Source: Candidatus Cloacimonadota bacterium
GTDB lineage: Bacteria > Cloacimonadota > Cloacimonadia > Cloacimonadales > TCS61
Assembly: GCA_021734835.1 (NCBI GenBank)
Contig: JAIPIH010000004.1
Coordinates: forward strand, 96,674-160,673
DNA length: 64,000 nt
Reading direction: 5' to 3'
Below the pieces are notes generated by a model, which worked only from the letters and a program-made list of their open reading frames with translations, was not told where the DNA came from and made no database searches. The position numbers and the translations under genes were made by a program. This document shows positions 28,602 to 39,273 of this stretch, one piece after another. Numbering within the stretch: position 1 is the first letter of the stretch; every line of letters begins with the position of its first letter.

Positions 28602-30311
28602 ATGAACAAAATTGCTATTACTACTGGAGATCCTGCCGGGGTTGGACCGGAGATTACATCTAAAGCTATACGTTTTTTAAAACTGAAAAAAGATGTGATT
28701 ATAATAATCTACGGTAAAGTTGAATCTTGCAAAGCTGGAAATCGGATAAAAAAAATTGAGAAGGTAAGCGAAGCTGTTTCCCCTAAATATATTTATTGGA
28801 TCGAAATTAATAACAATAAGATCGAGATAGGAAAGCCTAGTGTACTGAGTGGTAAAGTAGCGTATGAAATTCTTTGTCGCTGCACTGAAGATCTAAATTC
28901 TGGGAAATTATCAGCAGTAGTAACTGCCCCTGTTAGTAAAGCAGCTATTCGCCTCTCGTATCAGAGTTTTATCGGTCATACAGAATTTTTTGCAGAAAAA
29001 TCTAACAGTAAAAATGTTGTTATGTCCTTTTGGGGACCTTACTTTAACCTAGCTCTGTTATCTACCCATTTAGCAATAAGTGATATTTGTAATCATTTAA
29101 AAACGACTGATCTTGCAGCAAAATTCAGAGTGATCTATGATCAAACTATAAAAATGATCCCTGATGCTAGAATCGCAATGCTCGGTGTTAATCCCCATGC
29201 CGGTGAAAATAACGCATTTGGTAACGAAGATGAGCTGATCAAATCAGTTTTAAAAGAGTTGAAAAATGAGAATATCCAAATTGATGGTCCTTTCCCGGCC
29301 GATACTTTTTTTTCTTCTAAAGTTACAAGTTACGATATGGTAATTTCCGCTTATCATGATCAGGGACTCATCCCCTTCAAAATGATATCCGCTGAGGAAG
29401 GTGTTAATGTAACACTTGGATTGCCGTTTATTCGTACATCTGTAGATCATGGCACAGCATACGATATAGCTGGGAAAGGAATCGCCTCTGAGAAAAGTTT
29501 AGAGCAGGCAATAAAATTAGCAGAAAAAATGCTCTTGGGAAATAGGGTAGAAACTTCTGGAAATTATGGAATATTTGCTGAGTACTATGATGGTTATATG
29601 CATCATGTGAGTTATGAAAAATGGACAAATTTTATTCTTGAACAGTATAACAGAGCAAATAATAAAAGCCCGGAAAAAATATTGGAACTTGCCTGCGGTA
29701 CGGCAAATGTTGCATCCCTGCTTGTTAAAAGAGGACTTAATGTCGATGCTTCAGACCTTTCACCCGAAATGCTCAAAATAGCCTCCGCTAAACCTTTTTC
29801 TCCAAATTTATGTTTAAACAGTATGATCGATGAAATTCCCATGAATAATTATGACTTGATTCTAACATTATTTGATAGTTTAAATTATCTAAAAGACCTT
29901 AATGAAGTTAAAACATTATTAAAGAACGTTCAGAAATCGCTTCTGGAAAAAGGACTATTTATTTTTGATATTACTACTCCTAAAAATTGTGAAAATAATT
30001 TTAATAATTTCATCAATTTTGACCAGATCAATGAAGATAAATTCATCCATGAAAGTGATTTTGACACTGCCAAAAACACTATAACTTCCAAATTAACCTT
30101 CTTTAGGAAAAAAGGATTTCTCTATTCCAAATATGAAGAGACTCATCATCAAACAATATTTGAGGTTGAAGATATAATCGAACTCATCGATAAGTCAACA
30201 CTTCAATTGCTGGGTATCTATCATATCAACTCAAAGGAAAATCTTATTGATCATGACCCAAGAATACTTGAAGCAAACTTTACGCGATTATTTTTTGTGC
30301 TGAGAGCTTAA
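28602..30311 (+). CDS. pdxA: PdxA-family dehydrogenase fused to a class I SAM-dependent methyltransferase
   Basis: N-terminal GDPAGVGPE, GHTE, NPHAGE, GPFPADT, YHDQGLIPFK and RTSVDHGTAYDIAG. C-terminal FAEYYD, ILELACGT, DLSPEML, FDSLNY and GLFIFD. Confidence 0.85.
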   Translation: MNKIAITTGDPAGVGPEITSKAIRFLKLKKDVIIIIYGKVESCKAGNRIKKIEKVSEAVSPKYIYWIEINNNKIEIGKPSVLSGKVAYEILCRCTEDLNSGKLSAVVTAPVSKAAIRLSYQSFIGHTEFFAEKSNSKNVVMSFWGPYFNLALLSTHLAISDICNHLKTTDLAAKFRVIYDQTIKMIPDARIAMLGVNPHAGENNAFGNEDELIKSVLKELKNENIQIDGPFPADTFFSSKVTSYDMVISAYHDQGLIPFKMISAEEGVNVTLGLPFIRTSVDHGTAYDIAGKGIASEKSLEQAIKLAEKMLLGNRVETSGNYGIFAEYYDGYMHHVSYEKWTNFILEQYNRANNKSPEKILELACGTANVASLLVKRGLNVDASDLSPEMLKIASAKPFSPNLCLNSMIDEIPMNNYDLILTLFDSLNYLKDLNEVKTLLKNVQKSLLEKGLFIFDITTPKNCENNFNNFINFDQINEDKFIHESDFDTAKNTITSKLTFFRKKGFLYSKYEETHHQTIFEVEDIIELIDKSTLQLLGIYHINSKENLIDHDPRILEANFTRLFFVLRA

Positions 30312-30922
30312 TGCCTTTATACAAAGCAGAGCAGTATTATCAGAATAAATTCGGGATCATAGCCGGAGTTGATGAAGCCGGGCGTGGACCGCTTGCAGGG
30401 CCTGTTGTAATCGCTTCTGTAATCCTAAGCTATTCAAAAAAAATAAACGGATTGGATGATTCTAAAAAATTGAATGAGCAAAAACGGGAAAGACTTTTCA
30501 AAGAAATTACTGCAAATGCATTGTGCTGGAATATTGAAATAATTTCTGCAAAAATAATTGATGATATCAATATTCTGCAGGCAACTTTGTTAGGTATGGA
30601 AAAAGCTGTACTTTCAATGAAGATCAAGCCGGATCTATGTTTGATAGACGGTAATATGATTCCTGGTAAATTAAGTGAATTCTCCCAGGCGATTATAAAA
30701 GGCGATTCTAAGATAGCTTCCATTGCAGCTGCTTCAATTTTAGCTAAAGTTTCACGTGATCGTTTGATGTTAAAATTGCATAGTAAGTACCCGCAATACA
30801 ATTTTAAAAAAAATAAAGGCTATCCGACTAAAGAACATCTTACTGCCTTAAATAAATATGGAATACTCGATTGTCACCGCAAATCATACAAACCTGTGCA
30901 GCAGTTAACATTTGATCTATGA
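30311..30922 (+). CDS. rnhB: Ribonuclease HII
   Basis: GVDEAGRGPLAGPV, DSKKL, IAAASILAKV.RD and KGYPT. Confidence 0.97.
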   Translation: MPLYKAEQYYQNKFGIIAGVDEAGRGPLAGPVVIASVILSYSKKINGLDDSKKLNEQKRERLFKEITANALCWNIEIISAKIIDDINILQATLLGMEKAVLSMKIKPDLCLIDGNMIPGKLSEFSQAIIKGDSKIASIAAASILAKVSRDRLMLKLHSKYPQYNFKKNKGYPTKEHLTALNKYGILDCHRKSYKPVQQLTFDL

Positions 30923-30954
30923 AAAATTCTTTGCTTTTTTAATAAATCGATCAT

Positions 30955-30982
30955 AAAAAAGCTCACTTTCGTGAGCTTTTTT
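30955..30982. terminator. Bidirectional intrinsic terminator between rnhB and the RND gene
   Basis: AAAAAAGCTCAC-TTTC-GTGAGCTTTTTT between convergent genes. Confidence 0.85.
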
Positions 30983-31008
30983 CTATTTACTTTTATTATT
31001 GACTAAAA

Positions 31009-34000
31009 CTACTCAATTATACCCATTTTCTTCTTTGCAATGATGCTGTAGATTACCGGTAGTAGTATCAATGTGAGAAATGTTGCGCTGATAAGTCCGC
31101 CAATAACCGTCAAAGCCATTGGAGCTTTTAATTCGGAGCCTTCACTTGTACTTAATGCCATCGGTAACATACCCATCATAGTTGTAATTGCAGTGATCAG
31201 AACAGGACGTAATCTATCTTTTCCGGCTTGAATGATCGCTGCGGTTTTTTCCATCCCTTTAGTACGAAGCTGATTCATGTGATCAATCAAGACTATACCA
31301 TTATTCACCACAATTCCTGAGAGAATTATAGCTCCAACAAAACTTACAACCGATAAGGTTGTACCTGTTAGAGCAAGTATCATCATTACACCTATCACTG
31401 CAAGAGGAATTGTGAACATAACTATGAATGGTTGACGTAAAGATTCAAATTGAGATGCCATCACAATGTAAACAAGAACAATTGCTAGTAATAATGCTAA
31501 GGCAAGAGTTTTAAATGCTTCCATCATATCTTCATATGCACCACTAATGTTGATGAAATAACCCGTTGGTAAATCTGCAACTATATCTTTAATATTTGTT
31601 TGCACATTTTTTACAACTCCGCCCAGATCTTTAGTATCTGTAATGTTAGCTGATATCGTTACTTTCCTGGTTTGCTTTTCATGACTGATCACCCGCGGTC
31701 CCTCAGCAAATTCTATATGGGCAATTTGATTAAGTGGAATAGAAAAGCCAGCAGGGGAAACTATAGAGATATGCATAATATCATCGAAACTGTTTCGGGT
31801 AGATTCTTCTAATCTGACAAATATATTTATTTCTTCTCCACCCTGCCGGAATATTCCTGCTTGAGTTCCCAGAGCTGCAGTTTTTATTGCAGATGCTACC
31901 TGATATGTAGTTAATCCATATTTAAAGGCTTTATCTTTATCGATTATAATATGTGCTTCCGGTTTCCCTACTTTTACAGAATTAATAACATCGCTTACAT
32001 ATTTCACACTTTTAATCCGATCTTCGATCCGGGCAGCAAATTCCCTTAATACGACCATATCCTTACCGAATAATTTTATCTCTATCGGATTTGATTGCCC
32101 TTGCCCCATCATTTGTTCTCGTGATAAAAAGTTAACTTCAGCACCATCAATTTTAGGAAGTTGCATTCGTACTCTGTTTTGGATCTCATCATAGGATATA
32201 TTTCTGTCTTTCTGCATTTCAAGTCTGGCAAAGACTTGTGCTTCATTCACTTCCTGTGGATTTGTTGGGTCAGCTTGAGCTTGTGCATCAGACATAGGAC
32301 CAACCAGTGACATCACATGTTGTATCCCTTCCACCTTCATAAATGCATCTTCACATTGACGCACAATTTGATCTGTTTCTTCCAACGATGTTCCTACCGG
32401 TGCAGTTATATGAAGAGCCATGATCGGGATGTCCTGTCCAGGCATGAATTCTGTTCCGATCATTCCAGAAATTGGTATGATAAGTGAAAGTATAAATAAT
32501 ACTGCAACAATAATTATCGTTTTTAATTTATGATTTAAAGCCCAGTTTAAAACTTTTATATATCTTCTTTTAATGCCTTCAAACATTTGTTCCGATTTAT
32601 CATGAGCCGGTCGAGCAGCTGTTTTACGGAATATTACAGATGCTATTGCAGGAACTATTGTCAGTGATACAAACAAAGATGCTGCCAGCGAAAAAGCTAC
32701 TGTTAATGCTAAACCTCTAACTAAAATACCGGTCATACCTTCTGCAAAGATCATAGGGAAGAAAACAGCTATTGTGGTAAGTGTGGAAGCTGTGATAGCT
32801 GTTGATACTTCCACCGCACCTACTTTTGCCGCTTCTACTTTCTTTTCCCCCATTTCAATATGCCTGTAAATATTTTCGATTACAACGATGGAGTTATCTA
32901 CCAGCATACCAACCCCCAAAGCAAGACCACCAAGAGTCATAATATTCAAGGAAAATTTAGCTAAATATATTGAAACCATAGTGGCAACAACCGAAATTGG
33001 AATTGCTAACGAAATAGCTAAAGTAGGCCGCCAATTACGAAGAAAAACAAACATAATTATCACAGCGAGAATCCCACCAATAATGAGATTTGACATCGCA
33101 CCGGAAGTTACTCTGGAGATAGGTAAGCTCATATCCATTATACTATTAAATTCCACATTGATCTTCATCTCATTCTGTAGTTCGTTAAGTTTTGCTTTAA
33201 CTATTTTTGCCACCGTGATCGTATTTGCTCCTGATTCCTTGGAGATCATCATCATAGCAGTCGGCTCTTTATTCGTTCTCACATGATATCTTTTTTCTTT
33301 AAAGCCATCCTGAACAGCGGCAATGTCCTCAAGATAGATCGTGTTTCCGTTATTAGTTATGCGAATTGGTAATTTTTTAATTTCATCTATAGATTTATAT
33401 TGAGCAACAGTCCGCAAAAGAAAATCATCTTTTCTTTTTTGAATATATCCAGCCGACATATTGATATTTCCAGCAGCTACTATCTGAACAATTTCATCAA
33501 TGGAGATATTATAATGTTCCAATTTATCTTTATCAACTATGATCTGCTTTTCCAGTTCGTCACCACCCATAACCATAACCGAGGCAACACCTGTTAGTTG
33601 CTTGAGTTTAGAAGAAACTTCGTCTTCAAGAATTTTTCGTAATTGATATGTATCTTCTGCACCTGTTACACCATACATCAGAATTGGCATTTGCGCCAGA
33701 CTGTATTTCATTACAAGCGGACGCGAAACATCCTTAGGGAGATAATCAGCAATCTGATCGATCATATCACGTAGATCCTGAGCGGCGAAATCCAGATTTG
33801 TACCCCAATTGAATTCAACCATGACCAGAGAAGTATTTTCCATACTCTCCGATTTCAGGTTTTTAATATTTTTTACAGTAGCTATTGCAGTTTCAATCGG
33901 TTTAGTTACTGTCTCTTCGACATCCTGAGATGATGCGCCATGATAGGTAGTGATAATTGATATGACAGGATAATCCATATCCGGAAACATTTCCAAACCT

Positions 34001-34095
34001 AACTTTGTAAATGATATTCCGCCTAATATTAAGATGAGAATTGTAAGCATCAATATTGTTATTCTTCGATTTACCGAAAATTCTGGTAATTTCAT
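31009..34095 (-). CDS. RND efflux transporter permease (AcrB/MdtB-like)
   Basis: GMLVDNSIVVIENI, QFES...PF, GIVVNNGIVL and RLRPVLIT; 1028 aa. Confidence 0.95.
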   Translation of the reverse strand: MKLPEFSVNRRITILMLTILILILGGISFTKLGLEMFPDMDYPVISIITTYHGASSQDVEETVTKPIETAIATVKNIKNLKSESMENTSLVMVEFNWGTNLDFAAQDLRDMIDQIADYLPKDVSRPLVMKYSLAQMPILMYGVTGAEDTYQLRKILEDEVSSKLKQLTGVASVMVMGGDELEKQIIVDKDKLEHYNISIDEIVQIVAAGNINMSAGYIQKRKDDFLLRTVAQYKSIDEIKKLPIRITNNGNTIYLEDIAAVQDGFKEKRYHVRTNKEPTAMMMISKESGANTITVAKIVKAKLNELQNEMKINVEFNSIMDMSLPISRVTSGAMSNLIIGGILAVIIMFVFLRNWRPTLAISLAIPISVVATMVSIYLAKFSLNIMTLGGLALGVGMLVDNSIVVIENIYRHIEMGEKKVEAAKVGAVEVSTAITASTLTTIAVFFPMIFAEGMTGILVRGLALTVAFSLAASLFVSLTIVPAIASVIFRKTAARPAHDKSEQMFEGIKRRYIKVLNWALNHKLKTIIIVAVLFILSLIIPISGMIGTEFMPGQDIPIMALHITAPVGTSLEETDQIVRQCEDAFMKVEGIQHVMSLVGPMSDAQAQADPTNPQEVNEAQVFARLEMQKDRNISYDEIQNRVRMQLPKIDGAEVNFLSREQMMGQGQSNPIEIKLFGKDMVVLREFAARIEDRIKSVKYVSDVINSVKVGKPEAHIIIDKDKAFKYGLTTYQVASAIKTAALGTQAGIFRQGGEEINIFVRLEESTRNSFDDIMHISIVSPAGFSIPLNQIAHIEFAEGPRVISHEKQTRKVTISANITDTKDLGGVVKNVQTNIKDIVADLPTGYFINISGAYEDMMEAFKTLALALLLAIVLVYIVMASQFESLRQPFIVMFTIPLAVIGVMMILALTGTTLSVVSFVGAIILSGIVVNNGIVLIDHMNQLRTKGMEKTAAIIQAGKDRLRPVLITAITTMMGMLPMALSTSEGSELKAPMALTVIGGLISATFLTLILLPVIYSIIAKKKMGIIE

Positions 34096-34195
34096 TTTAA
34101 GCTCCGTTTTTTATCATAACATTTTTCAGAAATAAATTGTGATTAATGAACAATTTTTGTTTTATCTGAGACTCCGAGTTTATAATTTTCTCCAT

Positions 34196-35209
34196 TTACA
34201 GTTCCTGATCGATAACTTCTACTGCATCACCATCACTTAATCCGATATTTCCGGAAATTATAACTCTTGTATCTTCCTCAATACCTTGCTTAATTTCTAT
34301 AAATTGTTCATTCCCGATCCCTGTAATCACTTCTCTTTTATGAGCAATTCCATCGGTAATGACGAAAACGAGATCATTCTCCAAAACCGCTTTCTGTGGA
34401 ATAATCATGGTTTTTTTGGATGTTTTTGTTACAACAGTGATGCGAGCGAATTGATTATGTCTTATGAGATTTGAGTTAGAGTCAATTTTAATTTCAACTG
34501 GATATTTTCCTGACATTACATCAGCTTCAGGCGAAATATAAGATACTTTCCCGTGAACTACCTTATCAGAATTTTCAATCTTGATTATTGCAGTTTGTCC
34601 TTTTTCCAGTAAATTGATATCTCTGTCAGAAACCATGAATTTTGCTTTGAATTTATTCTGATTGACTATTCTGATCAAGAAAGGATCCATCATAGCATCG
34701 AATTTTTCTCCTTCTTTTTTGTAAATATGTGTAACCATCCCCGGGATAGGCGCTTTCAATTCTATATTATCCAACATATAATTGTAAGAATTTCTCAATG
34801 TGTTGAAGCCTGCTTCTACTTCATCAAAGGTTTTCTGATCAATCGCCTCATTTTCTAATAATTTCTGCATACGGTTATAATTTTTCTGAACATTCTCAAA
34901 CTGTATTCTGGTTTGTTCCAGTTGAGTTTTGTCCAGTTTAACCAAAAGCTGATCTTTAGTCACATGATCACCTATTTCAACCATGATCTTATCGATCTTT
35001 GCTGACATAGCCGGGCCGGTATTGGCAATTATTTCAGCTTCGATCTTACCTGAAAATTCTAAATACTCGTTTATATCTCCTAAATAAGCTGCACTGGTTA
35101 TCACATTACGTTTGCCGGCAAATTCCGATTTTTCCTGTACTGCATCTTGCTGACATGCTGTGATAAAAATGATAAACACTGTGCTTAATAATAATATTTT
35201 CTTTAACAT
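34196..35209 (-). CDS. RND efflux periplasmic adaptor (membrane fusion lipoprotein)
   Basis: Lipobox ITAC; lipoyl halves V..GD.V.K.QLL and LKAPIPG.V. Confidence 0.9.
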   Translation of the reverse strand: MLKKILLLSTVFIIFITACQQDAVQEKSEFAGKRNVITSAAYLGDINEYLEFSGKIEAEIIANTGPAMSAKIDKIMVEIGDHVTKDQLLVKLDKTQLEQTRIQFENVQKNYNRMQKLLENEAIDQKTFDEVEAGFNTLRNSYNYMLDNIELKAPIPGMVTHIYKKEGEKFDAMMDPFLIRIVNQNKFKAKFMVSDRDINLLEKGQTAIIKIENSDKVVHGKVSYISPEADVMSGKYPVEIKIDSNSNLIRHNQFARITVVTKTSKKTMIIPQKAVLENDLVFVITDGIAHKREVITGIGNEQFIEIKQGIEEDTRVIISGNIGLSDGDAVEVIDQEL

Positions 35210-36591
35210 TATTCCTCCATGGAACTCATATATTTTTTAATTTCATATTTTGTAAGAATATAATCATAATATGATGAAATGAGATTCAACTCACTACTAA
35301 ACTTCATAGTTTCAGCATCAAGAAGCTCACTGTTGGTTACCATACCTTGTTCATATAAGTTATTGATTACCTTTTGATTTTCCTTTGCTAACTCCAAAGC
35401 GGTTTTGTTATCCATGATCAGTTTGGCTTTCGTGATCATCCTGGTAAAAACGTTTGCCGCAGCAATTAAGTAATTTTCTCTAGTATATTCTGATTGTTTT
35501 CTGGTTTTCATCAAATCATATTTTGCTTGTTTCACTTTGGAATATCGTGATCCGCTGCTGAAAAGTGGAACAGAAACTGCCGCAACTAAATTCCAATTAT
35601 CCTCTCCTGAAAAATTTAATTTATCATCACTTTCCAGCTGATAATCAAACTGTAAATTCACGGAAGGCAGAAAGCTACCTTGTTCTAACCCGAGCTTTTT
35701 CTTCATCATTTTATTTACAAGATCAATGCTATTTAAGGCAGGACTTGTAGTTTTAACTTTTTGTAGAAACATCTGCTTCTCTTGAGTGATCTGCTCTTCT
35801 GTCATCCCAGCATAAACTTCAATTTCATCATTATAACTTTCTATTTCTATCTTGGCAGGAGACAATTCATCTTCTACTGAGCCTAAAAGATTTTTCCAGT
35901 AAGATTTGATCTCATTCAGATTGTTTTCAACTTCGAAATTTGAAGTTTTATCGTTGTTTAGTTTTAACTGCCATTGCAAAACATCTGATTTTGTAACAGT
36001 TCCCGTTTCGAATTTCGCTTTTGCTTTTTTTAGATGTGAGCTGCTGGAAGCAAGACTTTTCCCTGTAAGTTTCTGGATTTCTTCCAATTTAAGATAATTT
36101 AGATAAGTGGAAGCTATTGTATAAGCAATATCGAGTTCCTTATTCTCTAAAGCAAGTTGTGCCTGATTTTTGGAAAGTGCTGCTAACTGATAGCCCAGTA
36201 TTACCTTACCCCCGTTGAATATTGGTTGTTGTATGGTAAGTTTGTTTGTATAGGAAGTCTGATAAATACCGCTGCCCATCGCTGAAGCAGAAAATGGAAT
36301 AAAATCTCCCGTTGGTATACCCGTTGGGCCTAACACTTGTAGTTGATACATTTCTGTTGCCTGATCGTAGGTTTCATTATCAATTCTTACAATCGTTGAA
36401 TTAAAAGTAACGCGAGGCAAAAAGTTAGCAAATGCATTATATTTACTCCAAGAAGCTGACTTCAAATTATATTCTTCCGCTTGCATCTCTTTGTTCTTTT
36501 GAAGTGCCATTTCTATACTATCTTCCAAATTGATCGGTTTTGCATACAAGGTTGATATTAAAAATGGTATTAACAAAATTAATTTTCTCAT
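35209..36591 (-). CDS. TolC-family outer-membrane efflux protein
   Basis: Start reassigned to ATG 36591 (MRKLILL signal peptide, GGAG RBS). FLP, QPIFNGG, G...SDVL, VPLFSSG and G...ELLDAE motifs. Confidence 0.88.
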   Translation of the reverse strand: MRKLILLIPFLISTLYAKPINLEDSIEMALQKNKEMQAEEYNLKSASWSKYNAFANFLPRVTFNSTIVRIDNETYDQATEMYQLQVLGPTGIPTGDFIPFSASAMGSGIYQTSYTNKLTIQQPIFNGGKVILGYQLAALSKNQAQLALENKELDIAYTIASTYLNYLKLEEIQKLTGKSLASSSSHLKKAKAKFETGTVTKSDVLQWQLKLNNDKTSNFEVENNLNEIKSYWKNLLGSVEDELSPAKIEIESYNDEIEVYAGMTEEQITQEKQMFLQKVKTTSPALNSIDLVNKMMKKKLGLEQGSFLPSVNLQFDYQLESDDKLNFSGEDNWNLVAAVSVPLFSSGSRYSKVKQAKYDLMKTRKQSEYTRENYLIAAANVFTRMITKAKLIMDNKTALELAKENQKVINNLYEQGMVTNSELLDAETMKFSSELNLISSYYDYILTKYEIKKYMSSMEE

Positions 36592-36610
36592 TCTTACTCC
36601 TAAATATTTG

Positions 36611-37210
36611 TCATTCTTTTGATATTCCATTCCAGATCGTATCGAAGAGCTTTTGCCCCATATATTCCAAATCTATTCTCTCATTCAGGATGTTGTAGAT
36701 TATTGTGCCTTCTGCCAAGGCGCTAACCATAAAGCCCAAAGTTGAGCAGTCCACATCTTTTCTGATAGTTCCTTCTTTCTGAGCTTTTTCCAATATTGAT
36801 ATCAGGTGGAGCAAACCTTGACGCTGCGTTTCTGCGTGCCTTTGTTTGATTTCAGGAAATTTTACAAATGCATCCATCATCAGCATATAAAAACTGTCAA
36901 TTTCTACATCATCAGAATTTGCAAATTCCGCAACAAATTTATTGATCTCTGACAGTGAATTAAAATAAGTTTTCAAGATGTTCTGCACATTAGTAAATTT
37001 TGAATAAATTTCTGTTTCTATATTTTCAAATTCAGTGAATAAAAGATCAATTGCTTGAATAAAGAGATCTTGTTTGTTCTTAAAATAATGATAGATGCCA
37101 CCTTTGGAAAGTTGTGATTCTTCTACTACATCATTCACAGAAGTAGCATCATAACCTTTCTTTAAAAACACTTTTATTGCCGATTTGATAATCCTTTCCT
37201 TGGGCTCCAT
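36611..37210 (-). CDS. TetR/AcrR family transcriptional regulator
   Basis: F.KKGYDATSV..V...LSKGGIYHYFKNK.DLF helix-turn-helix. Confidence 0.93.
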   Translation of the reverse strand: MEPKERIIKSAIKVFLKKGYDATSVNDVVEESQLSKGGIYHYFKNKQDLFIQAIDLLFTEFENIETEIYSKFTNVQNILKTYFNSLSEINKFVAEFANSDDVEIDSFYMLMMDAFVKFPEIKQRHAETQRQGLLHLISILEKAQKEGTIRKDVDCSTLGFMVSALAEGTIIYNILNERIDLEYMGQKLFDTIWNGISKE

Positions 37211-37240
37211 CTCTCCTCCAGTTACCTAACTCTACCAGAT

Positions 37241-37254
37241 ACCGACCGTTCGGT
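37241..37254. promoter_or_regulatory. Probable TetR operator
   Basis: Inverted repeat ACCGA-CCGT-TCGGT, between a minus-strand TTGACA (37281..37286) and the tetR start. Confidence 0.7.
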
Positions 37255-37431
37255 TTTGAAGAAATTTTTGGTGGAATTTTTGTCAATTTTTTTTAATTTA
37301 CTCGATAAATTCGAGTTCTTTTTTTTATTAAGTAAAGTTTTGCTTGTTAAGTAATATACCAGAATTTGATGTCTAATATTTGATCATTTTCGCGAAATTT
37401 TATTTAAAATATAAGAGGAAATGTTAAAGAG

Positions 37432-38499
37432 TTAACTAAGAATTTCCGCTAATTTATTTTTGTCTAATTTCTCTACAATTTTCTCAAGCAATTTTATTAA
37501 CTCAGCAAAGTCATCTATAGAAACTATGCAATTATGAGAATGTGCATAACGAACCGGGATACCAAGGACAATTGTCGGAATTCCTCTGTTAGCAAGCTGG
37601 AATTGCCTGCCATCAGTACCACCGCCTTTGCGCACAGTTAATTGAATATTAATTTCATTATTTTCAGCTATTTCGATCACAAAATTCTTCAAGCCCGGAT
37701 TTACGATCATTGTCGGATCATATATACGTACATGAACACCTTTACCAACTTTGGTTTGTGCATTGTACGGAATTCCCGGTATATCATCAGCTGGTGCTCC
37801 TTCCAATACAAAACAAACATCCGCATCGATATAGTTTGCTAAAGTTTTAGCGCCGCGCGTTCCTACCTCTTCCTGAACACTACCAATGCAGTAAACTGTA
37901 TTTGGATGCTCTTTAGTGCTCAGAATCTTCCCTATTTCAATTACAGCAGCAACTCCTGCTCGATCATCAAATGCTTTTGAAAACATCAGGTTATTCTTTA
38001 CTGAATAATGAAAATTTGTGATTGGAACGATGTGATCACCAAGTTGTACCTTAAAATTTTGCCTTGCATCCTTTTGAGAAGTTGCCCCTATATCTACAAA
38101 CATATTATTAATTTCCGGTTTAACACCTTTGTTTTCTGCAAAATGAACAGGTACAGACCCGATAATTCCGGGAAATTCCTGCTGTTTTGAATTAACTACT
38201 AAAACAGGTGAAGATAGTAGAGTATTGGGATCCCAGCCGCCAATAGGCTGAATCTTCAGAAATCCTGATTCAAGGATGTCAGCAACAATAAAGCCGATCT
38301 CATCCATATGAGCTTCGAACATGATCTTTGGTTTGTCACTACTACCTTCATACTCAAATATTACTGAACCCATATTATCTTTATTGATGCTCTTATAATC
38401 TGTAAGTTCAGTTTCCATAAATTTAGCAATTTTACTCTCATTACCGGAAATCCCGGACATTAGAGTAAGTTTTTTTAGTAGATCGATTCTATTCTTCAT
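37432..38499 (-). CDS. M42 family metallo-aminopeptidase
   Basis: SGISGNE, AHMDEIG, KAFDDRAG, QEEVG.RGA, GGTD and RYAHS. Confidence 0.92.
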   Translation of the reverse strand: MKNRIDLLKKLTLMSGISGNESKIAKFMETELTDYKSINKDNMGSVIFEYEGSSDKPKIMFEAHMDEIGFIVADILESGFLKIQPIGGWDPNTLLSSPVLVVNSKQQEFPGIIGSVPVHFAENKGVKPEINNMFVDIGATSQKDARQNFKVQLGDHIVPITNFHYSVKNNLMFSKAFDDRAGVAAVIEIGKILSTKEHPNTVYCIGSVQEEVGTRGAKTLANYIDADVCFVLEGAPADDIPGIPYNAQTKVGKGVHVRIYDPTMIVNPGLKNFVIEIAENNEINIQLTVRKGGGTDGRQFQLANRGIPTIVLGIPVRYAHSHNCIVSIDDFAELIKLLEKIVEKLDKNKLAEILS

Positions 38500-38667
38500 G
38501 GTTACTCCTAATAAAATTTAGATTTCTTTTTTGTATTTGCCTGTCAAATAATTTTGCTAATATAATATTTTTAAACAAAAAAATAAGAGTTAGAAAGCAA
38601 TCAAACTTGAATTGACCGCTCTCAAAATTTAAGTAACTAAGATTAAGTTAGCCTTATTGCCTTAAAT

Positions 38668-39273
38668 CTATAAGGCAGATAATTTAAGTTTACCGGCTTT
38701 TTCCAATTCGATAAGGTATCTCTCGAGTTTGTGTTTAAACCGTTCTTCAATGGATAAAATTATTGTAACATCTACGGTATAATCTATGTTGATAACTTCT
38801 GCATTAAGTTGTTCAATTAGATATTTTAGGTGGTCAGCAAGATCATAACCGCATGAAATTTTGTAATAAGCAAGCTTAACTAATTTTTTTAAGGGAGATA
38901 ATTCTATTGTAGAATTAACAGCTTGTCCATAGGCATTTATAAGTCCTCTAACACCTAATTTTACTCCACCAAAATAGCGAGTAACAACAGCAACAATATT
39001 TGTCATGTGTGATTTAATTAGAGCATTCAACATAGGTTGTCCTGCAGTTCCGGAGGGTTCCCCTGCATCGGAGGCATGCAAGGTTCCACCCTGGTCACCA
39101 ACTCTATAAGCCCAGCAATTATGATTAGCAGTTTTATATTCAGCAGAAATTTGTGAGATATATTTTTTTGCTTCTACTATAGTTTCCGCATAATGCAAAT
39201 GTGCTATGAATGTAGAACGTTTTATTTTAATTTGGTTCATCCTGTCTTTTGCCACGGAATAGTAATACATCAT
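38668..39273 (-). CDS. YigZ/IMPACT family protein
   Basis: IKRSTFI, ANHNCWAY, DAGEPSGTAG.P and VTRYFGG.KLG..GL..AY. Confidence 0.92.
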   Translation of the reverse strand: MMYYYSVAKDRMNQIKIKRSTFIAHLHYAETIVEAKKYISQISAEYKTANHNCWAYRVGDQGGTLHASDAGEPSGTAGQPMLNALIKSHMTNIVAVVTRYFGGVKLGVRGLINAYGQAVNSTIELSPLKKLVKLAYYKISCGYDLADHLKYLIEQLNAEVINIDYTVDVTIILSIEERFKHKLERYLIELEKAGKLKLSAL

